64,000 bases of DNA, taken from the NCBI GenBank assembly GCA_963803145.1, contig CAWDLW010000015.1:320001-384000 (forward strand). The letters run 5' to 3'. Below, in pieces: positions 52,801 to 62,135 of this stretch (positions are counted from its first letter, which is position 1; the number at the start of each line of letters is the position of its first letter). Under the pieces are notes generated by a model, which was not told the origin of the DNA, ran no database searches, and saw nothing but the letters and a program-made list of their open reading frames with translations. The translations under genes and the position numbers were made by a program. This stretch comes from Methanotrichaceae archaeon (lineage in GTDB: Archaea > Halobacteriota > Methanosarcinia > Methanotrichales > Methanotrichaceae).

Positions 52801-53464
52801 TCTTCGCCCAAAAATTGAGAAGTAACAATATTATGAGACCAATATGTATTGTCCTAGATAATGCTAGAATACATCTAGCTAAGAAGTTTAGGGCATTAGC
52901 CCACGAACTTGATATCCATTTAATATATAACGTGCCATATTCCCCTGATTTAAATCCTATAGAGTTCGGTTGGAAGGATTTTAAAAGAGAGATATCAAAA
53001 TATACTGATTTTGATGAAGCTATTGAGGATGCCCAAGATTGCGCTTTACAAATATTTTATTCCAATAAAGATGGATACTCTAAGTCTTGGATAAAGCAGT
53101 TTATAAGGTAAAAAGTTGGGAGAATGACTATAAATACTATGAGCAGTCGCTTGGGATTGTTCGCATGATCGGGGATCGAAAGAATGAGGGCAATGCTCTT
53201 TGTAACCTTGGAAAGGTCTATGCCGCCCTTGACGAAGTCTGCAAAGCGATCGAGCACTACGAGCAATCGTTAGAGATCTTTCGCCGGATCGAATACTGCC
53301 GAGGAGAAGGTGATGCCCTATTCAACATGAGCTTAGCGCATGAAAAGATTGGCCATCGACAGGAGGCAATCAATCATGCGAAGGAAGCACTAAGAATTTT
53401 CGAGCAGATCGAAAGTCCATATTCTGAGAAAGCGCGGCAAAAGTTGGCGGAATGGAAAGGATAA
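49860..53464 (+). pseudogene. NB-ARC/STAND NTPase with TPR array (NLR-like), interrupted by IS630 (839 aa when rejoined)
   Basis: FKGR, GMAGVGKT Walker A, LLLLDNA Walker B, ITSR, NLPLAL, LHD; many TPRs; rejoins in frame as KAIKYYEQSL. Confidence 0.92.
52048..53130 (+). mobile_element. IS630-family element, copy B (1083 bp, diverged from copy A)
   Basis: Ends tagttaatc / gaatgacta with TA duplication; ORFs 52114-52587 and 52644-53111. Confidence 0.92.
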
Positions 53465-53952
53465 TAATATTTATCCGTAAAATGCTTTGAAGTCTCCATC
53501 AAATGATTAAATGGTAAAGTGAGATTACTCGTTAAAGTGAGACTATAGTGTTTCCTGGGACTTTTTGCCCGATAGAATAAGCAATAAACGAGCTGATCGC
53601 GGAAAAGATTAGGACATTCATGAGTCTCAGAATAGGGCTTATGCCCGAAGTATGTAAAACGTGATTTACCATCGCAGCCATAATTAATCCTGATATAGGC
53701 AGTGAAGGCTGTGCATGAGTTGAGACAATAAGATCTCGAGATAATTAAACTAATTGCGAATATTACGGCAAGAATCGAAATCGGCTTGGCTCCAGGATCT
53801 TGGCTCTGCAACAAACAAACCTTGTGGTTGAATCTTGTTCGTTAGGCAGCAATAAAACAAAACTAAATTCACCATAAAGCTCACAAAGGGGACAAAACGT
53901 TCTGTAACTCTGTCCGAAGGCAACAAGACCTCTGTGGCCCTAGCTAACTCAT

Positions 53953-54768
53953 TTAAATCAATCTCTCCGCCCCAGCATACACATAAAGATTCGGGCTCCT
54001 AACGAAGCCCACCAGAGTCATCCCAATCTTTTCCGCCAGTTCCACGCCTGAGTTCATTGGCGCGCTTCTGCTCACCAATATTGGAAACCCCGAACGTGCT
54101 GCTTTGGCAACCATGACCCCCGACAGTCGTCCGCTGGTGATCAGAGCACACTTGGATAGATCTGTCCCGGAAAGAAAGGCCGCTCCTACAGTCTTGTCCA
54201 CGGAGCTTGACCTGCTGACATCCTCGCAGGAGGCGATAATATTCCCTTCGCTATCGCAAATAATCGATGTGTGCGTGGCGCCAGTCCTTCGCCAGATCTT
54301 GGCTCGCTCATTGAGCTGATCCACGGCCCTTAGAAGTGCATCGACTTTTATCCTGATTTCGGAGACAACCGGCTTCAGATCCTGTAAAGATGAGCTTCCA
54401 ACGCTGCAGCACTGATGCCCCTTCCAGGGTGCTGCTTTGCCGTCCCTGGTTTCACAGATCAAAGCTCCCATATCTTCCTTGAGGGAGACTATATCCTGGA
54501 AGCTTTCCACAATTCCCTCGCCGACTAGGAAGCCCACTGCCATTTCCTTAAGCTGATCCGGGAGGGCAGGGATAGCGGTTATACAGCTGCCATTGAGGAT
54601 TATGTTCACGACCTCTTCCACGGCCACATCAGCATCAATCTCGCTTCTCTTCCCATCCGAGATCTCCAAACACCTTCTTGAGCGAAATGTCGGATGAGGG
54701 TCCAGATGCTCTTCCTTCCAGTGGGTTTCCGGCTCAGTTATCCTGCTCGCATGCCAGCTATCTCTCAT
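53953..54768 (-). CDS. fdhD: Formate dehydrogenase accessory sulfurtransferase FdhD
   Basis: VAVEE, GFL..EG, TGATH, EDV.R...DK, SGR.S..MV.KA, L.GFVR. Confidence 0.92.
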   Translation of the reverse strand: MRDSWHASRITEPETHWKEEHLDPHPTFRSRRCLEISDGKRSEIDADVAVEEVVNIILNGSCITAIPALPDQLKEMAVGFLVGEGIVESFQDIVSLKEDMGALICETRDGKAAPWKGHQCCSVGSSSLQDLKPVVSEIRIKVDALLRAVDQLNERAKIWRRTGATHTSIICDSEGNIIASCEDVSRSSSVDKTVGAAFLSGTDLSKCALITSGRLSGVMVAKAARSGFPILVSRSAPMNSGVELAEKIGMTLVGFVRSPNLYVYAGAERLI

Positions 54769-54786
54769 CTTTGGGCTCCTTCAAAC

Positions 54787-56826
54787 TCAGGACAGCGCTT
54801 CTATCCTGCAAGCTGCAACCTTGTATTCCGGAATTTTGGCGACAGGGTCCAGAGCATCTGAAGTAAGTATATTCGTGCCCTGCCAGTGGAATGGCATGAA
54901 GGCCACTCCCGGGTTCACCTTGTCCGATACCCTGGCTCTGGCCTCGGTTCTGCCTCGCTTTGTTTTTACGGATACCATATCCCCCTCGCGGATATTCAGC
55001 TTAGCAGCATCGTCTAGATTTATCTCGATATAGAGCTCGGAGTCTCTCTCAAGAAGAGAAGGACTACGTTTGGTCATCGAACCGCCGCAATAGTGAAGGA
55101 CAATTCGTCCTGTAGTGAGCAAGAGGGGATACTCCGGACTCGTCACTTCCCCTGGGGTTTTGTTCTCCACTGTTGCCACCCTAGCCTTTCCGTCAGGGGT
55201 AGAAAATCTCTCTTTGTGAAGGATATCAGTTCCAGGATGCTTCTCGTCTGGACAGGGCCACCGGAGTCCACCGATTTTTGAGATCCTCTCCTTGGTCATG
55301 CCGCCATATTGCGGGACGAAGCGGTTGATCTCTGATAGAACCTCTGCTGCATTGTTGTAGTTGAAATTAAGCCCAAGCCGATTGGCAATCTGGCAGATTA
55401 TCCATAGACCCTCTTTCGCCTCTCCAATGGGTGGAACTGCCTTATCGATCCACTGTACACGGCGTTCCATGGATGTGTAGCTTCCGTCCTTCTCAGCCCA
55501 GGCTGCTGCAGGAAGTACGACATCTGCAAGCCTGGCCGTGGCCGTCATGAATATCTCCTGCACCACGAAAAAGTCCAGGCTCTCCAAGGCTGCCTTGGTC
55601 TTGGTGATATTGGCATCGCATATCACCGGGTCCTCGCCGATGATGTACAGAGCTTTAAGAGATCCATTCAGCGCAGCATCATTCATCTCTGTCGAGGTCA
55701 GCCCAGGTCCCAGAGGCAGATCTGGCATATTCCAGGCGGATTTGAAATATTCAATAGTCGCTGGATCGGAGGCCCTCTTATAGCCGGGATAGAATTCGGG
55801 CATGCCTCCCATATCGCAGTTGCCCTGGACGTTGTTCTGGCCGCGCATGGGCCACACACCTGCCCCGGGACGCCCGATCTGGCCACAGAGCAATGCCAGA
55901 GTGGCACATGATTTGACGTTGTCCGTGCCACATACATGCTGGGTGATTCCCATTGAGTAGAGAAGGGCGGAGGCAGAAGACTTGGCATAGGCTCTAGCTG
56001 CCCTGACGATATCTCCTTCAGGCACTCCCGTTTTCTCAGACGCCTCCTTTAATGTGAATCCCTCGAGGCTTTTTTGCAGGCTATCAAAGCCCTCAGTACG
56101 CGAGGCGATGAACTTGCTATCTGCCAGACCTTCATCCACTATGACCTTCATCATTCCCCTGATAAGGTCTATATCCGAGCCAGGGCGGATGCGGAGGTGG
56201 ATATCCGACATCCAGGAGGTCGATGTGATTCTGGGATCGGCTACTATTATTATTGCGCCTTTATCCCTAGCCCTCTGTGCCCATCGTGATACGATAGGAT
56301 GAGCCTCTGTAAAGTTTGTGCCGATGGCAAAGATGCATCGTGAATTTTCAAGATCCAGAAGGTTATTGGTCATGGCGCCGGTTCCAAGAACTGCACCCAG
56401 GCCAACAACTGTTGGAGAATGGCAGAGCCTGGCACAATTATCTACATTGGGTGAGCCCAATTCACGAGCCATCTTCTCCATGAGGTAGTTTTCCTCGTTG
56501 TTGCACCTGGACGACGCCAGAAAACCAAGGCTTTTCGGGCCATATTTTTTGATATTCCTGGCTATACCCGCAGCAACGAGATTGAGCGCCTCATCCCAGG
56601 ATATACGTACGAAATCCTCGCCGACCCTCTTCATAGGGTAGCGCAGCCGATCCTCATGGTTCAGGACCTCAAGGACGGCGTTCCCCTTGGGGCAGAGAGC
56701 ACCCTCACATGTGGGATGGTCAGTCATATACTCGATGCCTACAGCCCTGTCCTTCTCCACCACCAGGTAGAGACCGCAGCCAACAGCACAGTAGGGGCAC
56801 AGGGAGGGAACTAGCTTTGTTGACAT
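54787..56826 (-). CDS. fdhA: Formate dehydrogenase alpha subunit (Cys form)
   Basis: CPYCAVGC, LCPKG, NCARLCHSPT, RGQNNVQG, IPEYKVAAC. Confidence 0.95.
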   Translation of the reverse strand: MSTKLVPSLCPYCAVGCGLYLVVEKDRAVGIEYMTDHPTCEGALCPKGNAVLEVLNHEDRLRYPMKRVGEDFVRISWDEALNLVAAGIARNIKKYGPKSLGFLASSRCNNEENYLMEKMARELGSPNVDNCARLCHSPTVVGLGAVLGTGAMTNNLLDLENSRCIFAIGTNFTEAHPIVSRWAQRARDKGAIIIVADPRITSTSWMSDIHLRIRPGSDIDLIRGMMKVIVDEGLADSKFIASRTEGFDSLQKSLEGFTLKEASEKTGVPEGDIVRAARAYAKSSASALLYSMGITQHVCGTDNVKSCATLALLCGQIGRPGAGVWPMRGQNNVQGNCDMGGMPEFYPGYKRASDPATIEYFKSAWNMPDLPLGPGLTSTEMNDAALNGSLKALYIIGEDPVICDANITKTKAALESLDFFVVQEIFMTATARLADVVLPAAAWAEKDGSYTSMERRVQWIDKAVPPIGEAKEGLWIICQIANRLGLNFNYNNAAEVLSEINRFVPQYGGMTKERISKIGGLRWPCPDEKHPGTDILHKERFSTPDGKARVATVENKTPGEVTSPEYPLLLTTGRIVLHYCGGSMTKRSPSLLERDSELYIEINLDDAAKLNIREGDMVSVKTKRGRTEARARVSDKVNPGVAFMPFHWQGTNILTSDALDPVAKIPEYKVAACRIEALS

Positions 56827-57530
56827 TCAAGACTCCTTTCTAGAAGCGATTTGCTTTCTAACGATTCGCGTTCTAACGATTCACATTCTAACGATTTGCT
56901 CTCTAGCGATTCACTTTCTAATGATTCGGGTTCTAACCTGGTGTTATTGTTATCTGATTTATGTGTCTCAGAGCATGCCTGGCAAAGCCGCTCTTCTTCT
57001 CTCTGGATGAAGCTTTCACCGCATTCTCTACAAAGAGCAATCTGCTTCCTTGGTTTCTCTGGAACCTCCAGCTCCAGAAGCTCCCAAGTGTAAACGCTTT
57101 CTCCAGCCTCCAGAAGAAAGGAAACTGCTTCAGGGTGAGGTACTTTACAGGTCTTCATGAACCATGCATGGAGCCTAGGGTATCGAGCAGTCTTGGCCGG
57201 GTCCAGCATTATCCTTACAGCTTTTACCCGGCTTCCTGCAGGTCCGCGTTTACTGATGGTGGCTGCCATCTTTCCATGGTCCTTGATCTTCATTCCTTTG
57301 TTGCCTATAGTGCAGCCGGCTAGAATCTGAAAAGGATCGGGCAGACAATTGTAAGTCTCACAGGTTACAAAAAGCCTATCTCCATCCATTATATCCAGAA
57401 GCCTTTGAGCAATATTCAGCATCTGGATGCCTACAAAGGCTCCTGTGCTTAGATAACCATGGAAGGGTGCGACCTTCTCAATCTGAGAACGCATCCTTGG
57501 ATCAGCGATTTTCCCTAGAATCTCCTCCAT
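56811..57530 (-). CDS. fmdE: FmdE family protein with Zn finger and repetitive tail
   Basis: FHGYLS.G...G, C..D.FQ...GCT.GN, CRECGE...LCQAC. Confidence 0.85.
   Translation of the reverse strand: MEEILGKIADPRMRSQIEKVAPFHGYLSTGAFVGIQMLNIAQRLLDIMDGDRLFVTCETYNCLPDPFQILAGCTIGNKGMKIKDHGKMAATISKRGPAGSRVKAVRIMLDPAKTARYPRLHAWFMKTCKVPHPEAVSFLLEAGESVYTWELLELEVPEKPRKQIALCRECGESFIQREEERLCQACSETHKSDNNNTRLEPESLESESLESKSLECESLERESLESKSLLERSLECQQS
56845..56940 (-). repeat. 15-bp coding tandem repeat encoding (LExxS)n
   Basis: ttctaacgattc-type units; LEPESLESESLESKSLECESLERESLESKS. Confidence 0.85.
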
Positions 57531-57736
57531 GTAAAATCCTCTTGCCCTGGTCTATGCTACCGTATTGGTTAAGAATTTTTGCATAGCCACTAACTTAAAG
57601 CGCAAAAGGTATGCACTCGTGTTAACTCGAAAGATCTCGACTCACAGGGATCATGTGGATACACATATGAACTGCATCATGAACTGTATCTTGGTTATTA
57701 AATGCGCTTCATCTCTATAAGCCAGAAAAAAAGCGG

Positions 57737-58789
57737 TTAAAAACCGTTCCTCCTCAGCTTTATTTTGCCTACCTTTTCGATCGCTTTGACATTCACGCCA
57801 TCCCAGGCTTCGATGAACCCCATCTCTTCGGCTATTTTGAACAAACCCATGCCTTCGGGAGTCCTTATGATAACCGTGCTCATGCCGGGTGCGCTTCCGA
57901 TGCTGCCAGCGGATACATCTGATAGCTTCGCCGTAAAATCATCGCAGGTCTTACAGCCAGGCTTGACGCAATTCCCGAGTTCTGCCAGAGGAATGGTCTT
58001 TTGGCATCCATCACGTAAGGTTACGACCATCATGCCCTCAGCAGCAACCATCTTATCGATACGCCATGATGGAACATCAAGGCGTCTAGTAATCTCGGAT
58101 ATCAATGAATCATCAAACGCTTCGAAGCAGAAAAGACCTATAAGGAACCGTACTTTTTGCGTAAGCTTTATAGCATGCTCATTGGATGATTTCCTGAGAA
58201 GTCCTACAGCCCTGATTGTACAGGGCGTTCCAACAAGCGCTATGTTCTTCGCCTTCGATTCCTTGATTGCTTCCAGAACGGCATTGCTCGTATACTTGCT
58301 TCCGGTACACTTTACTAGCCCTTTTGCGTCGCATACAACGCGCGGCTGCGCCTTCTGTGTCCACCGATCAACGCCCATGACCAGTGTGCAGTCCACCAGC
58401 TCCTCATCCAGCGCAGCGGTCAGCAGTGCTGTAACTGCACCACCGTTCTGGTAGCGTCCATTACTTGTCTTAGACCTCACGTTCTTAATTTCGAGGTAAG
58501 GCCCGACGATCTCAGAAGAGACTATATTCTTTATGTTTACAGGCAGACGGGGGCATATATCAAGGCATGCCTTGCAGTCCACACAGGGCGCAACCTGAAT
58601 TGGTCTATTCAGCTTCGAGTCGTATGTAAGCGCATCGGCCGGGCACACAGCGATACAGCCTCTGCAGCCAGCACAAATATTCTTCAGCCATACATCCTTC
58701 TCGAGCTCCTGATAAGGCAGAAGCGCCGTCTCATTTGTTTCGTTATCCAGCATTTGAAGCACCGTCAGATATGATTCATTATGACTCAT
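57737..58789 (-). CDS. Coenzyme F420 hydrogenase/dehydrogenase beta-subunit family (FrhB/FdhB/FpoF-like) with ferredoxin domain
   Basis: CAGCRGCIAVCP, QNGGAVT, GSKY, VGTPC, IGLFC, GC..C.DF, DVS.GSIG. Confidence 0.9.
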   Translation of the reverse strand: MSHNESYLTVLQMLDNETNETALLPYQELEKDVWLKNICAGCRGCIAVCPADALTYDSKLNRPIQVAPCVDCKACLDICPRLPVNIKNIVSSEIVGPYLEIKNVRSKTSNGRYQNGGAVTALLTAALDEELVDCTLVMGVDRWTQKAQPRVVCDAKGLVKCTGSKYTSNAVLEAIKESKAKNIALVGTPCTIRAVGLLRKSSNEHAIKLTQKVRFLIGLFCFEAFDDSLISEITRRLDVPSWRIDKMVAAEGMMVVTLRDGCQKTIPLAELGNCVKPGCKTCDDFTAKLSDVSAGSIGSAPGMSTVIIRTPEGMGLFKIAEEMGFIEAWDGVNVKAIEKVGKIKLRRNGF

Positions 58790-58793
58790 TTCC

Positions 58794-59489
58794 TCACGCA
58801 GAAGGAATCGCACCCCAACTCATAACATCATCCGCTACGCCAGACATTGAAATCTTTCCTCTCTCAAGTAAGCAGGCTTTGTCCCCGATGCAGGCCACGT
58901 CTCTCAAATCGTGGGTGACGATAATGCTCGGAACTCCACATGCATGAATTCTCTCCCTGAGCTCCTTTCTCATAGCTGCTTGTTTTCTAACATCTAGAGC
59001 GGACAGCGGCTCATCCAGCAGGAAGAGGTCGGGCTCAATTATGAGTGCCCGAGCAAGAGCCACCCGCTGCTTCTGGCCTCCAGAGATTCTCATGGCTTTG
59101 GCCTTTCTAATCTCCCACAGACCCGCTGCCTCCAGATGGTCCTTCACAATGCATTCGATCTCCTTTTGGGGTATCTTGCGGGTTCGAAGGCCGAATGCCA
59201 CGTTATCATAGACGCTCATATGGGGAAACAATGCGTAGCTTTGGAAGACATAACCTATATTTCTCATCTCCGGGCTGATGTTGATCTTGAAGCTTGAATC
59301 AAAGAGGGATCTTCCATCAAGCGTTATCCTGCCAGCATTCGGACTCACAAGTCCTGCTATCAAGTTCAGAAGAGTGGTCTTTCCGCAGCCATTATCCCCC
59401 ACCATCATAAGGATCTCCCCTTTTTCAACCTCTAGGGTTACTTCAAGATCGAAATCCCTCAGCGTTCTCTTGACATCAACTTCTAGCAT
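58794..59489 (-). CDS. modC: Molybdate ABC transporter ATP-binding protein
   Basis: GDNGCGKT, ISGGQKQR, LLDEP. Confidence 0.88.
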   Translation of the reverse strand: MLEVDVKRTLRDFDLEVTLEVEKGEILMMVGDNGCGKTTLLNLIAGLVSPNAGRITLDGRSLFDSSFKINISPEMRNIGYVFQSYALFPHMSVYDNVAFGLRTRKIPQKEIECIVKDHLEAAGLWEIRKAKAMRISGGQKQRVALARALIIEPDLFLLDEPLSALDVRKQAAMRKELRERIHACGVPSIIVTHDLRDVACIGDKACLLERGKISMSGVADDVMSWGAIPSA

Positions 59490-60366
59490 TTTTGTACATC
59501 CTTCGGGTGAGCGTTTTTACTACGACGATTACCAGGAAGGATATGACGACCAATATAAGGGCCAGACATAGTGATATATCCAAATCACCCTGCATAGCTG
59601 TGTAAATAGCAAGGGGCATAGTTTGGGTTCTTCCCTGGAAGTTGCCGGCAAACATGATAGTGGCTCCGAACTCGCCTAAAGAACGAGCAAAGGCCATAAT
59701 AGCGCCTGAGATGAGGCCGTTTCCGGCTATAGGAAGGATGACATGGAAGAATGTGTAGATCCTGGAAGCCCCCAAAGTGCGTGCTGCATTCTCAAATGAC
59801 CTGTCGATGTCCTCAAAGCTGATCCTAGCCTGGCGGATGTAAAACGGAGAGGAGACAAATACCTGCGCAATGATCACCGCCACTGTTGTGAAGGCGATGC
59901 TTATTCCGAAAGTATTCAGGTAATGCCCCAAAATGCCCATCCGTCCGAATGCCATAAGGAGCGCAATGCCTGCTACAGCTGGGGGCATGATCACCGGCAG
60001 ATCGATCAGGGAATCGGCTATTTCTTTGCCGAAATAATGGAAGCGAGCGCTGACGTAGGCGACAGGCGTGCCTATCAGAACCACAATCGTTGTGGTCAGT
60101 GTCGAGGTCATCAAACTGAGCTTCAGAGCATCCATCACCACTGGGTCGTTTAAAGATCGAAGCGTTGTATCAATAGGGCTCTTGATGAAAAGCGAGGCTA
60201 TTGGCAGGGCTATGAAAGCTGTAGCTATGATCAGCAAGAATGCTATGCCTAACTTCAATGCTGTATCTTTAGCCCGGGCAGAAGTGCTGGCTATATCTTG
60301 ATTTCGTGCCTGAAGCTGTTTTCGGAGCCCAATGAGATGGCTTAATTTAGCTTGATTCGAGGCCAT
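59476..60366 (-). CDS. modB: Molybdate ABC transporter permease
   Basis: LPVIMPPAVAG, AARTLGA, FARSLGEFGAT. Confidence 0.9.
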   Translation of the reverse strand: MASNQAKLSHLIGLRKQLQARNQDIASTSARAKDTALKLGIAFLLIIATAFIALPIASLFIKSPIDTTLRSLNDPVVMDALKLSLMTSTLTTTIVVLIGTPVAYVSARFHYFGKEIADSLIDLPVIMPPAVAGIALLMAFGRMGILGHYLNTFGISIAFTTVAVIIAQVFVSSPFYIRQARISFEDIDRSFENAARTLGASRIYTFFHVILPIAGNGLISGAIMAFARSLGEFGATIMFAGNFQGRTQTMPLAIYTAMQGDLDISLCLALILVVISFLVIVVVKTLTRRMYKNARS

Positions 60367-60423
60367 AACTCCTTAAAGATCAAAGTTCAACCGTGGTCCA
60401 ATTTCGGTGGTTTCTGATGGATG

Positions 60424-60455
60424 AAGGCCGGAGACTCATCCGGATCTCCGGCCTT
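60424..60455. promoter_or_regulatory. Intercistronic stem-loop between modA and modB
   Basis: aaggccggaga N10 tctccggcctt, perfect 11-bp stem. Confidence 0.6.
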
Positions 60456-60485
60456 GCCTTACAAGGCGAATGCCGATGAAGTGGC

Positions 60486-61337
60486 TCAGGCTGCAGCTTT
60501 AGATGCGGTAACATTACCGGTTACATTTGTCGGTACAGCATTGCCTTCGACTGGCGAAAAGCCATACCTCTTCATGATAGCAGTTCCCTTATCGGACTTC
60601 ACCAGATCAATGAACTTCTTTGCCTCAGCAGGATACTTGGACTGCTTTAATATGCCTATCGGATACTCGGCAATGACATTATATTTGTCAGGGATATCAA
60701 TCTTGTCGACCTTGGCAGACAGGTTTTCAGTTATATCGGACACATAGGCAAAGCCCACATCCGCCTCTCCTAAAGCCACTTTGGTCACTACATAATTCAC
60801 GTTGGTCTCTTGAGAGATTATGTTGGCCATAACCTTTTTCTTATAATCCTGTCCGTAGGCTGAATCGTTTCCCAGCTTACTTATGATCTGCATGGCATAA
60901 TCGCCAACCGGCACGTCCTTAGTACCTATTACGATCTTGATTCCGGGTTTGGCTAGATCAGTGAGGTTATGGATATTCGCCGGATTGTCCTTTGGGATAA
61001 TCAGTGCCAGCTTATTCCTGGTGAAGATGGAAATGCTGCTGTTATTCATAAGCCCCTCGGCTTTTAACGCATTCATCTGTTTCGTGTTGGCAGAGACTAA
61101 GATATCTGCATAAGCCCCATTCTCGATTTGAGTACGCAACACCTGTGAGCCGTCAAAGTTGAAGACCGCATTGATATTTGTCTCATTTTTATATATCTGT
61201 CCTATCTCGCCGAAAGTGCCTGTCAAAGATGCAGCTGTAAAGACTGTAAGCTCCTTTGGCTGCTCTGCACAAAGGCCTGCCGATGTTGCCAGGAATAGAG
61301 CTACCAGGACCATCGTAAGTACACGTTTATCGACCAA
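60486..61337 (-). CDS. modA: Molybdate ABC transporter substrate-binding protein
   Basis: AASL, FDGSQ.L..QIENGA, VPVG.YA, GEADVGF.Y.SD. Confidence 0.92.
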   Translation of the reverse strand: MVDKRVLTMVLVALFLATSAGLCAEQPKELTVFTAASLTGTFGEIGQIYKNETNINAVFNFDGSQVLRTQIENGAYADILVSANTKQMNALKAEGLMNNSSISIFTRNKLALIIPKDNPANIHNLTDLAKPGIKIVIGTKDVPVGDYAMQIISKLGNDSAYGQDYKKKVMANIISQETNVNYVVTKVALGEADVGFAYVSDITENLSAKVDKIDIPDKYNVIAEYPIGILKQSKYPAEAKKFIDLVKSDKGTAIMKRYGFSPVEGNAVPTNVTGNVTASKAAA

Positions 61338-61370
61338 GTTTTTACCTCCTTATACGCTTATCCCATCTTG

Positions 61371-61392
61371 AAGTAAGCATAAACGCTTACTT
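61371..61392. promoter_or_regulatory. Candidate operator palindrome upstream of modA
   Basis: aagtaagc N6 gcttactt. Confidence 0.4.
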
Positions 61393-61674
61393 TTATATCA
61401 TTATGTTAACGTATATGTTAAACCTAATAACCTTTGCGCCTAAATATGGAAAGCCGGTTCACTGCATGTATGGAGGTACTATTGCAATCTAATGCCAGGA
61501 ACGTTGCAGTTTAGATAGGGGCTAGCGATAAGCTGAAATCCATAACCGAGATATCCCAGCCTTGCATGCTTCGGTAAAGGCTATACTTGCCTCGATATTG
61601 AGTACCACTCTGCCGCAACATAAGGCGATAGATTAATATTCCCTAAAGGCAGCTTCGCCAGGCAGAGGAATTGC

Positions 61675-62094
61675 ATGAGCAATCTGTCTATGTGTTTTAT
61701 CAGCGTGCTAGTTGTTATATTGAATACATCGTTAACAGTGGCCATCACCCAAGAGAACAGCAGCATGGATAAGATTAGTAATATAACATTGAATAATACC
61801 ATTCTGAATAATACAACTCCAGGTAATACAAGCCTAAACACTTCGGCTACGAATAATACATCTGTTAATATAACCAAGCCTGAGAGTATTGAACCGATGA
61901 ACAACACCGACGCCAATACCCCTATCAATCTCTCAACGGCTCAATCTGAACAATCCGATGATGCCGTTTTCATAATTGGCGGTAATGCCACGAGCAATAT
62001 ATCAACCCATAATGTGGATATTCCAACATCGCCTGCAAAAAATGCAAGCGACTTGTGGTATGTCATACAAGCCAAGCCTCACGGTATGGTTTAA
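61675..62094 (+). CDS. Secreted N/T-rich low-complexity protein
   Basis: Signal peptide; many N-x-S/T sequons. Confidence 0.65.
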   Translation: MSNLSMCFISVLVVILNTSLTVAITQENSSMDKISNITLNNTILNNTTPGNTSLNTSATNNTSVNITKPESIEPMNNTDANTPINLSTAQSEQSDDAVFIIGGNATSNISTHNVDIPTSPAKNASDLWYVIQAKPHGMV

Positions 62095-62135
62095 ATTTAC
62101 CCCCAGCTTTTAGTTTTCAGAAAATTCTGAAGGAG

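Noticed and set aside
47038-53130. Composite transposon formed by the two IS630 copies
   Set aside because: The copies are diverged, each has its own TA duplication, and copy B lies inside the NLR gene, so they are independent insertions.
37573-56826. Selenocysteine or pyrrolysine readthrough in FwdB/FdhA
   Set aside because: Both have Cys at the metal-ligand position and no in-frame stop.
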